A stretch of 64,000 nucleotides of DNA from positions 26,910,001 to 26,974,000 of the forward strand of contig NW_024704742.1 in NCBI RefSeq assembly GCF_018977255.1, written 5' to 3'. The DNA comes from Callorhinchus milii. Taxonomy: Eukaryota. The notes under the pieces are model-generated. The model was not told where the DNA came from. It saw nothing but the letters and a program-made list of their open reading frames with translations, and did no database searches. Within the stretch, counting starts at the first letter, position 1; each line of letters starts with the position of its first letter. Position numbers and translations under genes: made by a program. Below are positions 1-11,600 of the stretch, piece after piece.

Positions 1-72
1 TGTAACTGTAAACTGTAACAGGTATTACTAAATTAAAGTAAACTGTAATATGTATTACTAAAATAATGAGTC

Positions 73-400
73 GTGGAGTCCTGTAGCTCAGTGGTTAGAG
101 CACTCGCTTTGCAAGCGAGAGACCTGAGTTCAATTCCAGGCACAGGGCGAAACCTTGGGCAAGTTTCCTTACTCCACACAGAGCCTAATAATAATCCCTC
201 CAAAACCAAAAACAATAATAATAAATTGGTCATTTTCAATCTACGACTGTTTGTGGGACATTGCTGTGCGCAATTGGCTGCCGCGTTCACCCACAAATAT
301 ACAGTCAGTTCACTTTACAGTGTGTTCTGTGAAGCGCTTTGGGACGTCCTCCCGACGTGAAAAGCGCTATATCAAATGCAAGGATTATTATTATTATTAT
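73..400 (+). mobile_element. Young tRNA-derived SINE, full length (short form)
   Basis: A box TAGCTCAGTGG, B box GAGTTCAATTCC, Ala-like TGC loop, Deu-like core gtgggacattgctgtgcgcaattggctgcc, L2-type tail and (TTA)n; many near-identical copies in the window. Confidence 0.92.
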
Positions 401-1337
401 ATATAATGAGTGGAACTGTAAATAACCTTTTTGATGTATGCAAAGACTTTGTTTTAAAACCACATTTTTATCTATAGTTCTATTTTCTAGACATTGTTTA
501 CTGATAGTCAAATGTTTTTCAAAACAATAGCGTTATTAATAAATGTTTCTTCTTTGTATTCATTTAGCTTATGTGCCAACTGTTCATATAGAAATATAGG
601 TACTGCAGTGAAACCAATTTCATCTTCAGCTAAACTAAAAGGCTTAGCTGCTAATGACAAACCCGCGCACATTTACCAGTAGTGCAGCATTTGTTGTGGA
701 AAAAAAATGCATTAAATATTTTTAAGAAATATTCCCTGTTCGGTTTAAATATGGATGGATGTTGTAGTGGACTTGCTGTAGTCATATACTCTTCAAAGGG
801 AGTTAAGGGGAAAATATATGGGTAATTTTTACAGCCAAGAATCTGTTTTTAGTAGGAATGAATATTCAATTTTATTTTGTCACCTTTGTGTTTTGACTCC
901 TGGAATTCAGACAGATCAAATCCATTAATTCAACTCTGATTTATAATCCATATGTGGTATACATGTGTCTGCTTTTCATCTCAATCTACCAAATATCTTT
1001 AATTTGTTCTGTGGGGGATTTTACATAAAGCTGCTCACCAATTATTTCACTCGTCTCTGTCCCTTGTGAATTGCTCCTCTGCTTGCTCATTAGAGACAGT
1101 GGTTCTCAATGCAATTTAAACAATCAAGACTATAACCTTCAAACCAAGCATGTGTTCTTACAGCTGCATATTGTCATTCTTCTTAGTAACCTGGAAACAG
1201 CTTAAGCATCTCTTGAAAATATCCTCCAAAAAGATGTTTTTAAGACTTACATCTTGTTGTTAATCAATGGTAACCTAAAAGACTATTAAAAAAAGTACAT
1301 TAAATCAGTGCCATGACAGAATTCTTTATTATTATTA

Positions 1338-1701
1338 TTATTATAATAATCCTTGCATTTCATATCAGGAGGATGTCTCAAACCACTTCCCAGGATTTAC
1401 TGTAAAACTTATTTTATAGGTTAATGTGGTAAATGGGCTTTGCCCAGAAACAGCCAAAATGAATCACCAATTTTATCTGGGGAAACTGTTAGCCAGTGCA
1501 CTGTAGAAAAAAACTTTAAGGTTCACCTGAACAAATAGACAGGCCTTGGTTTAATGTCTCATCCGAAGAATGGCACTTCTTACAATGCAGTGCTCCACAG
1601 CGTTACATTGGATTGTCAGATTAGACCGATTTTAAAGTTCCGTTGTGGAGCTTGAACCCACAACATTCAGAGATAAGTGTTACCAACTGACCCAGGCTGA
1701 C
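1338..1701 (-). mobile_element. Older Deu-domain SINE
   Basis: Reverse complement shows head gtcagcctgggtcagttgg and Deu-like ttcggatgagacattaaaccaagg. Confidence 0.7.
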
Positions 1702-2659
1702 AACTTTAAGGGGCCGAGGGCCATGATGGTACTAGATTCTATGTAATTAACTCTGTAATATCCACCAGCGGACATCATCCTGGTGAGAACATCATCCAAG
1801 CAATGCAGGTTAGGCAAGAGTTGCTTGAATGCTTTTAATAATTTTTTTAAAAAATAAAATGAAATTTGTGGTGAAAGCTCCTGGTGTCTCCATTGCTAAC
1901 AGTGCTCTTCAATGCAACAACTGGATCCTAGCAAACTACATACTCGATTTGTGCTCTGCTAATAAGGGTCACAGGAGGGTACGGCAATTTCTATCAATGT
2001 TCTTGGGCCGTGCCTGGGCATAAGTAGGCGAGTGACTGTGATAACTTCTATCTGTCATTTTCTAAAAATGACCCACATTTTAAATAGCTTTTCCAGCTAG
2101 AAACAGACAACCAGATTTGTAAATAAAATCTACAAAAGCCATGATAATTAATTGGTTGAATAGAAGGAACAGATTTGTATATATCGTACAAGTATTTTCT
2201 CAAATGCTGTTTCTGGATAACTCAAGCACCTGAGCACCACATGTCCTAGTCATGTAAATATGCAGTAACATTTTATATTAATCCAGAATTATATTTTTAT
2301 ATTATCCCAGGCAAATGTAAACTTTTACGAATTTTATACCTTGCTTTCCTAAGTGCAAACAAAGAAATGGAAAAACAGTGAGTTTATTAGCAAATTTTAT
2401 AAGAACACGTTTTTAAACCCTGATGTAAAGCCATGAATGTAGTTCATGGTTTTTTGACAAACCAATTCTGCCCACACAAGTAGCACCTCAATACTGGCCC
2501 CATCTGAAACTGTTTTACTTGACGATGTTGATTTATACCTTCTTTTCCACTGTTAATTTGGTGCAGAAATATTTTAGCATGATATTCAAGTTGCATAAAA
2601 ATTGAAGTGTTAACAAATGTAATGTTCTTTATTGTTTATTATTTTTCTTTACTCAACGG

Positions 2660-2800
2660 CTAAATAACTGGAACAGGTTGCCAGGAAGGGTGGTTGACGC
2701 CAAGACACTGGACTCATTTAAAATGCAACTTGATGCTGTGATGGGGACTGAGATCAAATGGGCCGAATGGGCTTCTTCATCCAAACCAATCTTGTGAACT
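2660..2800 (+). mobile_element. CR1 LINE 3' fragment
   Basis: WNRLPGRVVDAKTLDSFKMQLD followed by a atgggccgaatgg tail. Confidence 0.7.
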
Positions 2801-4175
2801 TTTGATCCGATCAAAGGCAAAAATATTTTTTTTAAAGGAATATTGGTAGATTTACAATGGTATCAAATCTTGCTTACACAGGTCAAGGTTTATTGTATCT
2901 TTGAAGACTACTGTATTAATATACAGTGCAAAAATGACCAACCATTGCTATTTCCCGATAATACCTACTGTTAGACAACCTTATTGGTGTTCTAGTACCC
3001 TATCAGCACTTTTGGCATAATCTATCAGGCTTGTAGGGCAGGGTATTAGTCAGTGCTGAACTGATGTATTGCAATTATTCTGGGTTTGCTAACTATTCAA
3101 ACTGATACAACTCTGTCACATTTTATAATGTAATCATTGCCACCTTTTTTCAGGTGATCTCCTCACTGAACTTGCCATGAGATAGATCTATGCAGTAAAT
3201 CCCATTTACTTTACACCTAACATTCTGCTTGCTTCCAGCACACATTATTCCTGGCATTGCATTTCAGTACTTCCATACACATCTGAAGCCATTGTTTTTT
3301 GTTTTCACCTGCCTCTGGCTCAACTCCAGCAACTGTCCTGTGGCTTAATCAGTCAGTGTACATTTTTTTGGCATTCAGCTCAGCCCTCAGTTGTTCTTCA
3401 TTCCCCACATCCAATCCACAGTTAAAATGACATTTGCACCCCTGGGGTTAAAAACATGAATTCCCCATCATGCTGCTTCCCATTTTTTGGGATGTTCATT
3501 CCACATGAAGGATGCTAATACTGAATAAGTATAAATTGTTATTGTGCATTATCCTAGCTATGGATATAATTCATGGTAATAGGAGATACTCCAAGAAGTG
3601 CTGGATCTCCCTGAACACAGGACCATTTCTTAAAATGTTAGTATATTCACAAAGTGAATTGATTCAGAAGAGTAGAATTAGCCATAATTGTGGCTCAGAG
3701 ATACAACAATAAAACTTTCATTCAATATATTGTTACATATTACTTAATCAAGCAACCTATTGATACCGACTGACCATTTTTGCAATGCAAAGTCTTCTTT
3801 ACTTCCTGTTTACTCCACTACACCAGGAGTTTCACCTCTTAATTTTTGCTTCTTATACGATTCTATTGTACTTCTATATAGTGCTTCTGCACTCCACTTT
3901 CTCCTATCACTGACGATTTACAACAACAATGCACACAATACATTCCCAGTAACTTCCTTTTAATAGGAAGTAGTCTCCATATAAACAAATCTGCTGTTAG
4001 CAAAACTGGTCAAGGAGTACTCTATTTTTTAAATAGATTATTTACCATAGGAATGTTTCATGTGAAGATATTGGAGAGGTGGTGAAGGAGCATGGACCTA
4101 AAATCTAGTCCTGGATTTTAAATATTCCACGTAATGTATTTAGGATTTTAATATTGCTCTTTTGCTACATTATCT

Positions 4176-5290
4176 ACAACAACAACAAGATTACATTTGT
4201 ATAGCGCCTTTCACGTCAGGAGGACGTCCCAAGGTGCTGGACAGACCTGAGCTGGGGTCGGGGAGGGGAAGAGGAATGGCCGATGGCATGGTCAAAGAGG
4301 AGGGTCTTGAGGCGGGACTTGAAGGAGGCTAAGGAGGGGCGAGGCGGAGTGACTGGGGGATAGAATTCCAGAGGTTAGGGGCAGAGTGGCTGAAGGCTCT
4401 CCCATCAATGGTGGAGCGGGTGGGTCAGGGGACGTGGAGCAGGCCAGAGCCAACTGAGCGGAGGGAACGGATGGGTTGGTAGGGGGTTAGGAGGTCGCAG
4501 AGGTAGGGTGGGGCGAGGCCATGGAGGGCTTTGTATGTGAGGACCAGGATCTTGAACTGGATCCTCTGAAGGATAGGGAGCAATGGAGTCGGGCGAGAGT
4601 GGAGGAGTTGGGGTCATGGAGTTTGGTGCGGGAGAGGACATGGGCTGCACAGTTCTGGATTATCTGCAGCCTGTGGAGGGAGGAGTTGGGAAGGCCGACA
4701 AGCAGGACATTTGCATAGTCGAGCCTGGAGGTGATGAAGGTATGAACAAGAGTTTCAGCGGCCTGAGGGGTGAGGTATTGACAGAGTCGAGCGACGTAAC
4801 AGAGGTAAGGGAAGGCAGAGCGGGTCATGGCTTGAATGAGGGGGAGAAAAGACAGTTGAGGGTCGAACAAGACACCTGACTGGCTTGGTGAGTTGTAGTG
4901 AGCAACCATGGAGGCGCTGAGACGCTGGTGTGAGCCAATCTGGAGGGCCTCAGTCTTGTTCACATTCAACTGTAGGAAATTTGCCCTCATCCAGGACTTG
5001 ATGTCCGACAGACAGTCTGTCAGGACAGCAGTGGTCCTGGAGTTGATAGTGGAGGCAGAAAGATAGTTGGGTGCCATCCGCATACATATGGAAGTTGACC
5101 CCATGTCTGCGGATGATGTCACCAAGGGGGAGCATGTCGATATTAAAGAGGAGAGGGCCAAGGACGGAGTCCTGGGGGACGCCAGATGTGACAGTGCGGG
5201 GGCTGGAGGAGAAACCATTAGAGGCAACGCAGTGGAGACGGTGAGAGAGAGGGGGAAGCATCGCACCAGGCAAGGGCAGGTCCGTGAAGA
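4176..5290 (-). mobile_element. L2 (LINE2) 5'-truncated copy, RT C-terminus and tail
   Basis: [43 protein letters not shown] across frameshifts; (TTG)n tail at 4176. Confidence 0.92.
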
Positions 5291-7514
5291 TTGAGTAAAG
5301 CAGAGAGGCGGTGTATGACGATGGAGTGGTCGAAAGTTCAGTTGTGGAAGTGTCATCCTTTGGATGAGTTGTCAAACCAACGTTCTCTTATCATTCTGTT
5401 CTCCAGTGGGAGCAATTTTAAATTCTGATCTTAATAATACAGAATTGCTTTGCATTCAAGTTCAGAATTGACGAGCCTTTGTACAATATTTAATTGGCGC
5501 AGATTACTTAGATGTGCTTGCTTTCTGGAGAGTGCATTTTGATTCTTTCCTCTCCAGAAGGCAGTAACTCGTGTTAGGTTAGGGTTCCTTGGATGCTGGC
5601 AGCGTTCCAATGCTTTGCTAAAAACCTTCATATGTAAACTGAGGCAGTGAATGGAATCAGCAAGCTGTTTGATCACAGATGAATCTGACCTGTCCTCTGC
5701 ACAGGCACTTTCCAACATGAGTTGATGCATAACAATCTATAGCAGGGGACATTTTTCCTTTCTTGCCCAGAGTACTAGAGCAAGTTCCAGATGTTACACT
5801 GCTGCCCAGTTGAGATACACCAGAGATTGAAGCTGAGACTCTCCTGTCTATTTGGCTTTGTGGGTAAATGCATCATGTGTCATGGAGGCTGAACCATTGA
5901 GAAATTTTTACGATATTGAATTACGTGATTCCTGGAGATTGAATTAAGAATCGCAAGCCACACTTTAGATTTTGCCGGCAAAGAATTTGCAATCTCTAAA
6001 TTGAGAATTTTGCAAACTAGGAGGCTCAATTAAAGCAACAAATCCAGGTTGTGAATAATACATTTTTAACCTCAACATAACTAATTCTGAACTTGATTTG
6101 ATTGTATTTTAATGCATTTGAAATGGTTCTTTTTTATTTTATTAGAGTTTTGGTTCATTGCACTTGTCTGATATGAACTGAGGTGATGCTCAATCAAAGT
6201 TAAAGCTGAACCAAGGAGGGATTAGTAAATTGGTACTATATCTCTTCAGTAATAATTCAAATTAATCCAATGCCACTATTTTTGACATGGAGGATATTGA
6301 AAGTAGGTAGTTATTTGGAGTGGAAGAAGTAAATAATCTTGCTAAAACGTCACCAAAGAAATTTAATTTTGTGCAGATTGTATTAACAGATAGGTCAGGT
6401 ATGAAGACATTTAACAAATATAGACGCTGAAATCTTAAAAACAAAGAGTTATTTAAGAACTGGAAACCAAACCTACATATACAATGCTTTGGTATTATAA
6501 GGCAGTTGCAATGACTTGAAGATTTTAAGATGGGTTCTTTCAGTTATGTTGTAAGCACTGCATTGAACTTCCTGAACTTAGGCTGCTTAAACTTGTAACT
6601 ATTGTCAATGTTGTTTCCATATCCACAACATTTTTGTGCTTTGTTTTCATATCTACAAGTAATCACATAAATATTTTGAAATCATTCTGAATAAGTAAAC
6701 ACATAAATATTTTGAAATTTGAGGGATTAGTAGCAGAATGCAGATTTTAAAAAATCGCATGTGTTATTTTGTTGGACAAAAATAAAGGATTGTATGCAGA
6801 GACTAGGGAGGTAAATTTACTGATAGTTGCTACCCCATTAGAATGAAACATTTTTAGCCTTAATTTCTTATGCTTTGAATGAAGTCACCTTTATTCCGGA
6901 ACTGAGCTAATATAGATCAAAGATACCTCATTGTTAGGGTTGCAGATTTCGCACAGCCGTAGTAGTAAATTTAGTGAATTTGGTAGGTTTATGGGCAAAT
7001 GTTCGGAGAAATGACGGGTATTTTGACGGGTAAATTCAACTATACTCCCGGAAAAGCGATCCGCCAATCGAATAACTTCCCACATTAACCTTGAGGGAGG
7101 CCAGCCCAGGCCCCGGCCTCACTCAAACTTAACAATAATAATCCTTGCATTTAATTTAGCTCCTTATCACGTCTTTGAGACGTCTCAATATATTATAAAG
7201 TGGATTGATTGTGTATCTTATGGGCAAAACTTTAACTTGGGAAATGTACGAATTTCAACCGGGACAGCGAGTTTTATCGTGGACAGATGGAAAAATCATT
7301 GTATCTGTGACATTTTTTCTGCAGGGCAAACTTGCTCATTGTTGCCACCAGTGTAGTATGTGATCAGTTGAAGGGAAAGGGTATCATACAGTGAAACAAA
7401 GCAGAGAAATTGATTCCAACTTTGACAAATGGGTTGGTTTTGACAATTGGCTCTCACTTGGAATCATGCATTTGGGAAAATACTTGGCTATTCGAACATT
7501 AAAACACTTTATGT

Positions 7515-7839
7515 AATAATAATAATAATAATAATCCTTACATTTGATATAGCGCTTTTCACGTCGGGAGGACGTCCCAAAGCGCTTCACAGAACACACT
7601 AAAGTGAATTGACTGTATATTTGTGGGCGAAGGCGGCAGCCAATTGCGCACAGCAATGTCCCACAAACAGTCGTAGATTGAAAATGACCAATTTATTATT
7701 GTTTTGTTTTGGAGGGATTATTATTAGGCTCTGTGTGGAGTAAGGAAACTTGCCCAAGGTTTCGCCCTCTGCCTGGAATTGAACTCAGGTCTCTCGCTTG
7801 CAAAGCGAGTGCTCTAACCACTGAGCTAAAGGACTCCAC
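7515..7839 (-). mobile_element. Young tRNA-SINE, full length
   Basis: Reverse complement of the 73-400 element. Confidence 0.92.
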
Positions 7840-8525
7840 GTCTTGTACATGTACTGTATTATGTGTGTCAATAATGTGTGGTATATCCATAATAGTAAAA
7901 CGCACGCAAATAATGGGTCTCCAATTACCCGAAACATCCATGTACTGTTCTTGCATCGCAATCATTCAAACTCCCAACATTTTAGCTTCCAGTTTGGAAC
8001 AGAATGCCAATGACTGGTAAGATCTAGTGATGCACATTGAAATTTCGCAAACGTGAAATTTGAAGCAAGGATAAGTTTATCTCTTGGTGTACTGAGAGCC
8101 AGTTGAGCCTGGCAAGGACGGTTTGGGAGAGAATATGTACTACGGTACAGAGTTTTGGATGATGGTGCAAAGTTTATAGACTATAAATGAAACCTGGTTG
8201 ACATTTGGCTGGAACCCATATTAGAAAAATGCACATAATAATAATATAATAATAGTAATAATCATCTTCCTTGCATTTGATATACATTTCATACAACATA
8301 CTTTAGGAACTTATGTGATGTCATGGGCTTAGATGCTGTGACACCACATAAGGCTAGTTCTGTTGGAGAAATTAATTCATGGCATGAAACTCTTGAGAAA
8401 GGAAATATATCATAAAGTGCACACTCAAGTAAGCCAACTAATACTTTTATATTAAGTTGAAGATTCATTGCTATTTGACAGTGTTGGATTTGCAAGTCAT
8501 TGCGGTTCCATTTTCTTTCATGCAG

Positions 8526-8644
8526 GAATATGAAGAAAAAGCTAGGAGAGCCCACAAGTGTTCCTCTCCTAATCAGAGTGTGAGGAAGAACCTGGACTTC
8601 GAGCCTCTCTCCACAACAGCACTTATCCTAGAAGACAGGCCAGC
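8526..8644 (+). CDS. TBC1D14: TBC1D14 exon ([11 protein letters not shown]...ILEDRP)
   Basis: ttttctttcatgcag acceptor, GC|gtgagt donor. Confidence 0.93.
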
Positions 8645-11600
8645 GTGAGTATTTATGTATTTGTTTTATCTTTAGTATTTTGCATTGAGGTCCCAGCAAT
8701 GAGCCTGGCTTGGTTGGTAGCACTCGTCCTCTGACTCGGCTGACACGCCAATGATGCCTTGTTGGTGATGGAGTCTGTCAGATGAGACATTCAAATACCT
8801 GTTCAAATGGATTTTAAAGATCCTATTGCACTGTGAGATCCAACAAGCACAGGTTAGAACACTCACTAGGATTAAATTAAATGCAAGCATTTTTATTATG
8901 AAAGGCACTATATGAAGACAAATTGGTATTGTCGTTGACTTCATGGCTGTTTACAGGACATTGCTGTGCACAAATCAGATATTGCATTCGCCTACAAATA
9001 TCTACTCACTGCACTTCATAGTAAAACCGCCTAAAGTGTTTTGAGATGTTCCAAAGATGTGATGAGGCACCATATCAAATGCAACAATTATTATTATTTT
9101 CTTTTTCCATAGAAATCTTCCGGCAAAACCTGCAGAAGAATCTCAGAAACACAGGCAACAGTACGAGGAGATGGTGGCTCAAGCAAAAAAACGAGGTTAA
9201 ATTCCTGTCATACATTTTGTTCCTCATTTGGTGGTAATTCATTCAAATGTATGAAAGAAATAATAATAATCCTTGCATTTGATATAGCGCTTTTCACGTC
9301 AGGAGGACGTCCCAAAGCGCTTCACAGAACACACTGTAAAGTGAATTGACTGTATATTTGTGGGCGAACGCGGCAGCCAATTGCGCACAGCAATGTCCCA
9401 CAAACAGTCGTAGATTGAAAATGACCAATTTAATTATTGTTTTTGGTTTTTTGGAGGGATTATTATTAGGCTGTGTGGAGTAAGGAAACTTGCCCAAGGT
9501 TTCGCCCTCTGCCTGGAATTGAACTCAGGTCTCTCACTTGCAAAGCGAGTGCTCTAACCACTTTAATTTATGTTTCGCCTCAAAGGGCCGTTGTTTCAAG
9601 GAAAGATTCTCACCTGGTGAAAACCAAAAAGCACGTATAGTAAACTCCTGATAACTCGTTACTCCACGGGAAAAGAGCTCAATGTCCTACAAACAGCCAA
9701 GATGTCAATAACAATACAGTATCCAAAGTGGCGAATTAGGCATATATCTAGTAAATAATGGAGCTTATTACAAAAGTAAGCTTATTGCAAAAAAAAAGTT
9801 TATGGAGAGTAAGTAGTTAATTATCGGTTAATTTTAAAACTACCAAAAAAGAACATTTATATTTAGCAAATGAATTTTATTAATGCTGTTCCAGTATCCA
9901 CAATCCATGTTATGTAGATTCAATCGAACTCTTCATTTACATTGCAAATGTTCGGATTTTGCCTTCCTTCAACAACAATAATAATTTGCATTTATGTTTC
10001 GCCTCAAAGGGCCGTTGTTTCAAGGAAAGATTCTCACCTGGTGAAAACCAAAAAGCACGTATAGTAAACTCCTGATAACTCGTTACTCCACGGGAAAAGA
10101 GCTCAATGTCCTACAAACAGCCAAGATGTCAATAACAATACAGTATCCAAAGTGGCGAATTAGGCATATATATAAATGCAAAAATAAATGTGGCCGGGAT
10201 ATTGACAAAATTAAGCCAGGGTCGAGTCATCAGCAGTTTACTGTATTCATAACTTAATTAATTCTGTTCTTGAGCTATGGATATCAGTCTCAAACTGGAC
10301 AGAGCATACATGTTCAATGAACAAGATTGATGAGACACAAAAGGGAACATTTGGTGATTAGTCCTATTAGCAGGGACACATTCCACATCCTGTTACATCT
10401 CCTGTGGCAGTTATGGTAATAGCTTTTTAGATTACAGGTTCTTCCGACTTAATTTTCACATTTGTATTTTAAGGGGAGTAAAGCCGATGGCAACAGCTTC
10501 ATACTTTACCAAAAAAATAATTTTAGAATTGGTTTACAAGTGTATTATGGACGTACTTCCTGAAAAATAACTCCTTTTGAAGGGGTTTGGTCAGTTAAGC
10601 AAGATGATATTTATTGTGTAAAATGGGCATAAAATACAATATTAATTAATTGTTGTAACAGGTTCATGAATGACAACTCAGTGTTTCTTTGGCTTTTTGT
10701 GAACTTTGATTCCTCTAATAAATGGGAAATTTTAGACCAATAACTCTTCCAATTATTATTGGTTATAGTGCAGCGTTTCTGCTACAGTAAAACTTGAAAA
10801 GCGTTATCTTTATAAATTGTATAATCTCCTAAATCGTACATTCTCCCACCCAAGTACCATTCAGTTTCCTATCAAAACCACTTAGATTTATTTGCGCTAC
10901 TCGTATTAATAGCCTCCTAACTCGTAACGCTGCGCTCCCCTACCCTCCATTATTCCTGCACTTACCGGCTGCTTGGAATCGCGGGAAATTATGTCCAGAC
11001 CTGCTAACGCATGCGTACTTATCGGCCGGTTGCATTGAATCGCAGGGAACATAGTCTTTATGTCATAAGGCGCTGGATAGTCAGTGTTTTGGTCCTGACA
11101 CTACAGGACAGAGGATTGCAGGTTCATACTGTTTGCCTTTCAGATTTAGCTGATTTCATTTAGGACAGTGATCAAGGCGTTGCATTTGGCTTTAGCACCC
11201 TGAGTTAGGGAGTGGAAAATCAGCAACAGTTCCTACTCAACGACCCTGGAGAAGCATTGGGTGAAAATGCTATGTCTGCTGTGCCTTTGTTGTTTAGAGG
11301 GGCTTTCTTTTACCCCCTTCTCCCAAAAGTGTCAACAGCCTGACACATGAATAATAGTCGCTTGAGTTAGATCCTGAAAAGCATCACAGCAATTAACAAT
11401 TGGAGGGAAAACCTTTATATTTGTGTTATCTGTTCTATACAGAGCTAAAAGATGCTCAGAAGCGCAGGAAGCTCCTAGAGGAGAGGTGTAAACTGGAAGA
11501 AACAATCGGCAATGCTGTGCTGACCTGGAACAATGACATTCTGCCCAACTGGGAGACTGTGTGAGTAGGAAATAGTGCATTTCACTGTAACAAGAATACG

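Noticed and set aside
78..142. SINE heads as functional tRNA-Ala genes
   Set aside because: No paired acceptor stem, variable anticodon loop among copies, and always attached to a SINE body.
33..511. Recurring ORFs such as [14 protein letters not shown]..., [11 protein letters not shown]... and ...KCKDYYYY at many loci
   Set aside because: They are translations of the non-coding SINE, not a protein family.
400..8500. Further upstream TBC1D14 coding exons, including the 99-aa minus ORF at 5431-5730
   Set aside because: No TBC1D14-like peptide with splice sites found; the minus ORF has no recognisable motifs.
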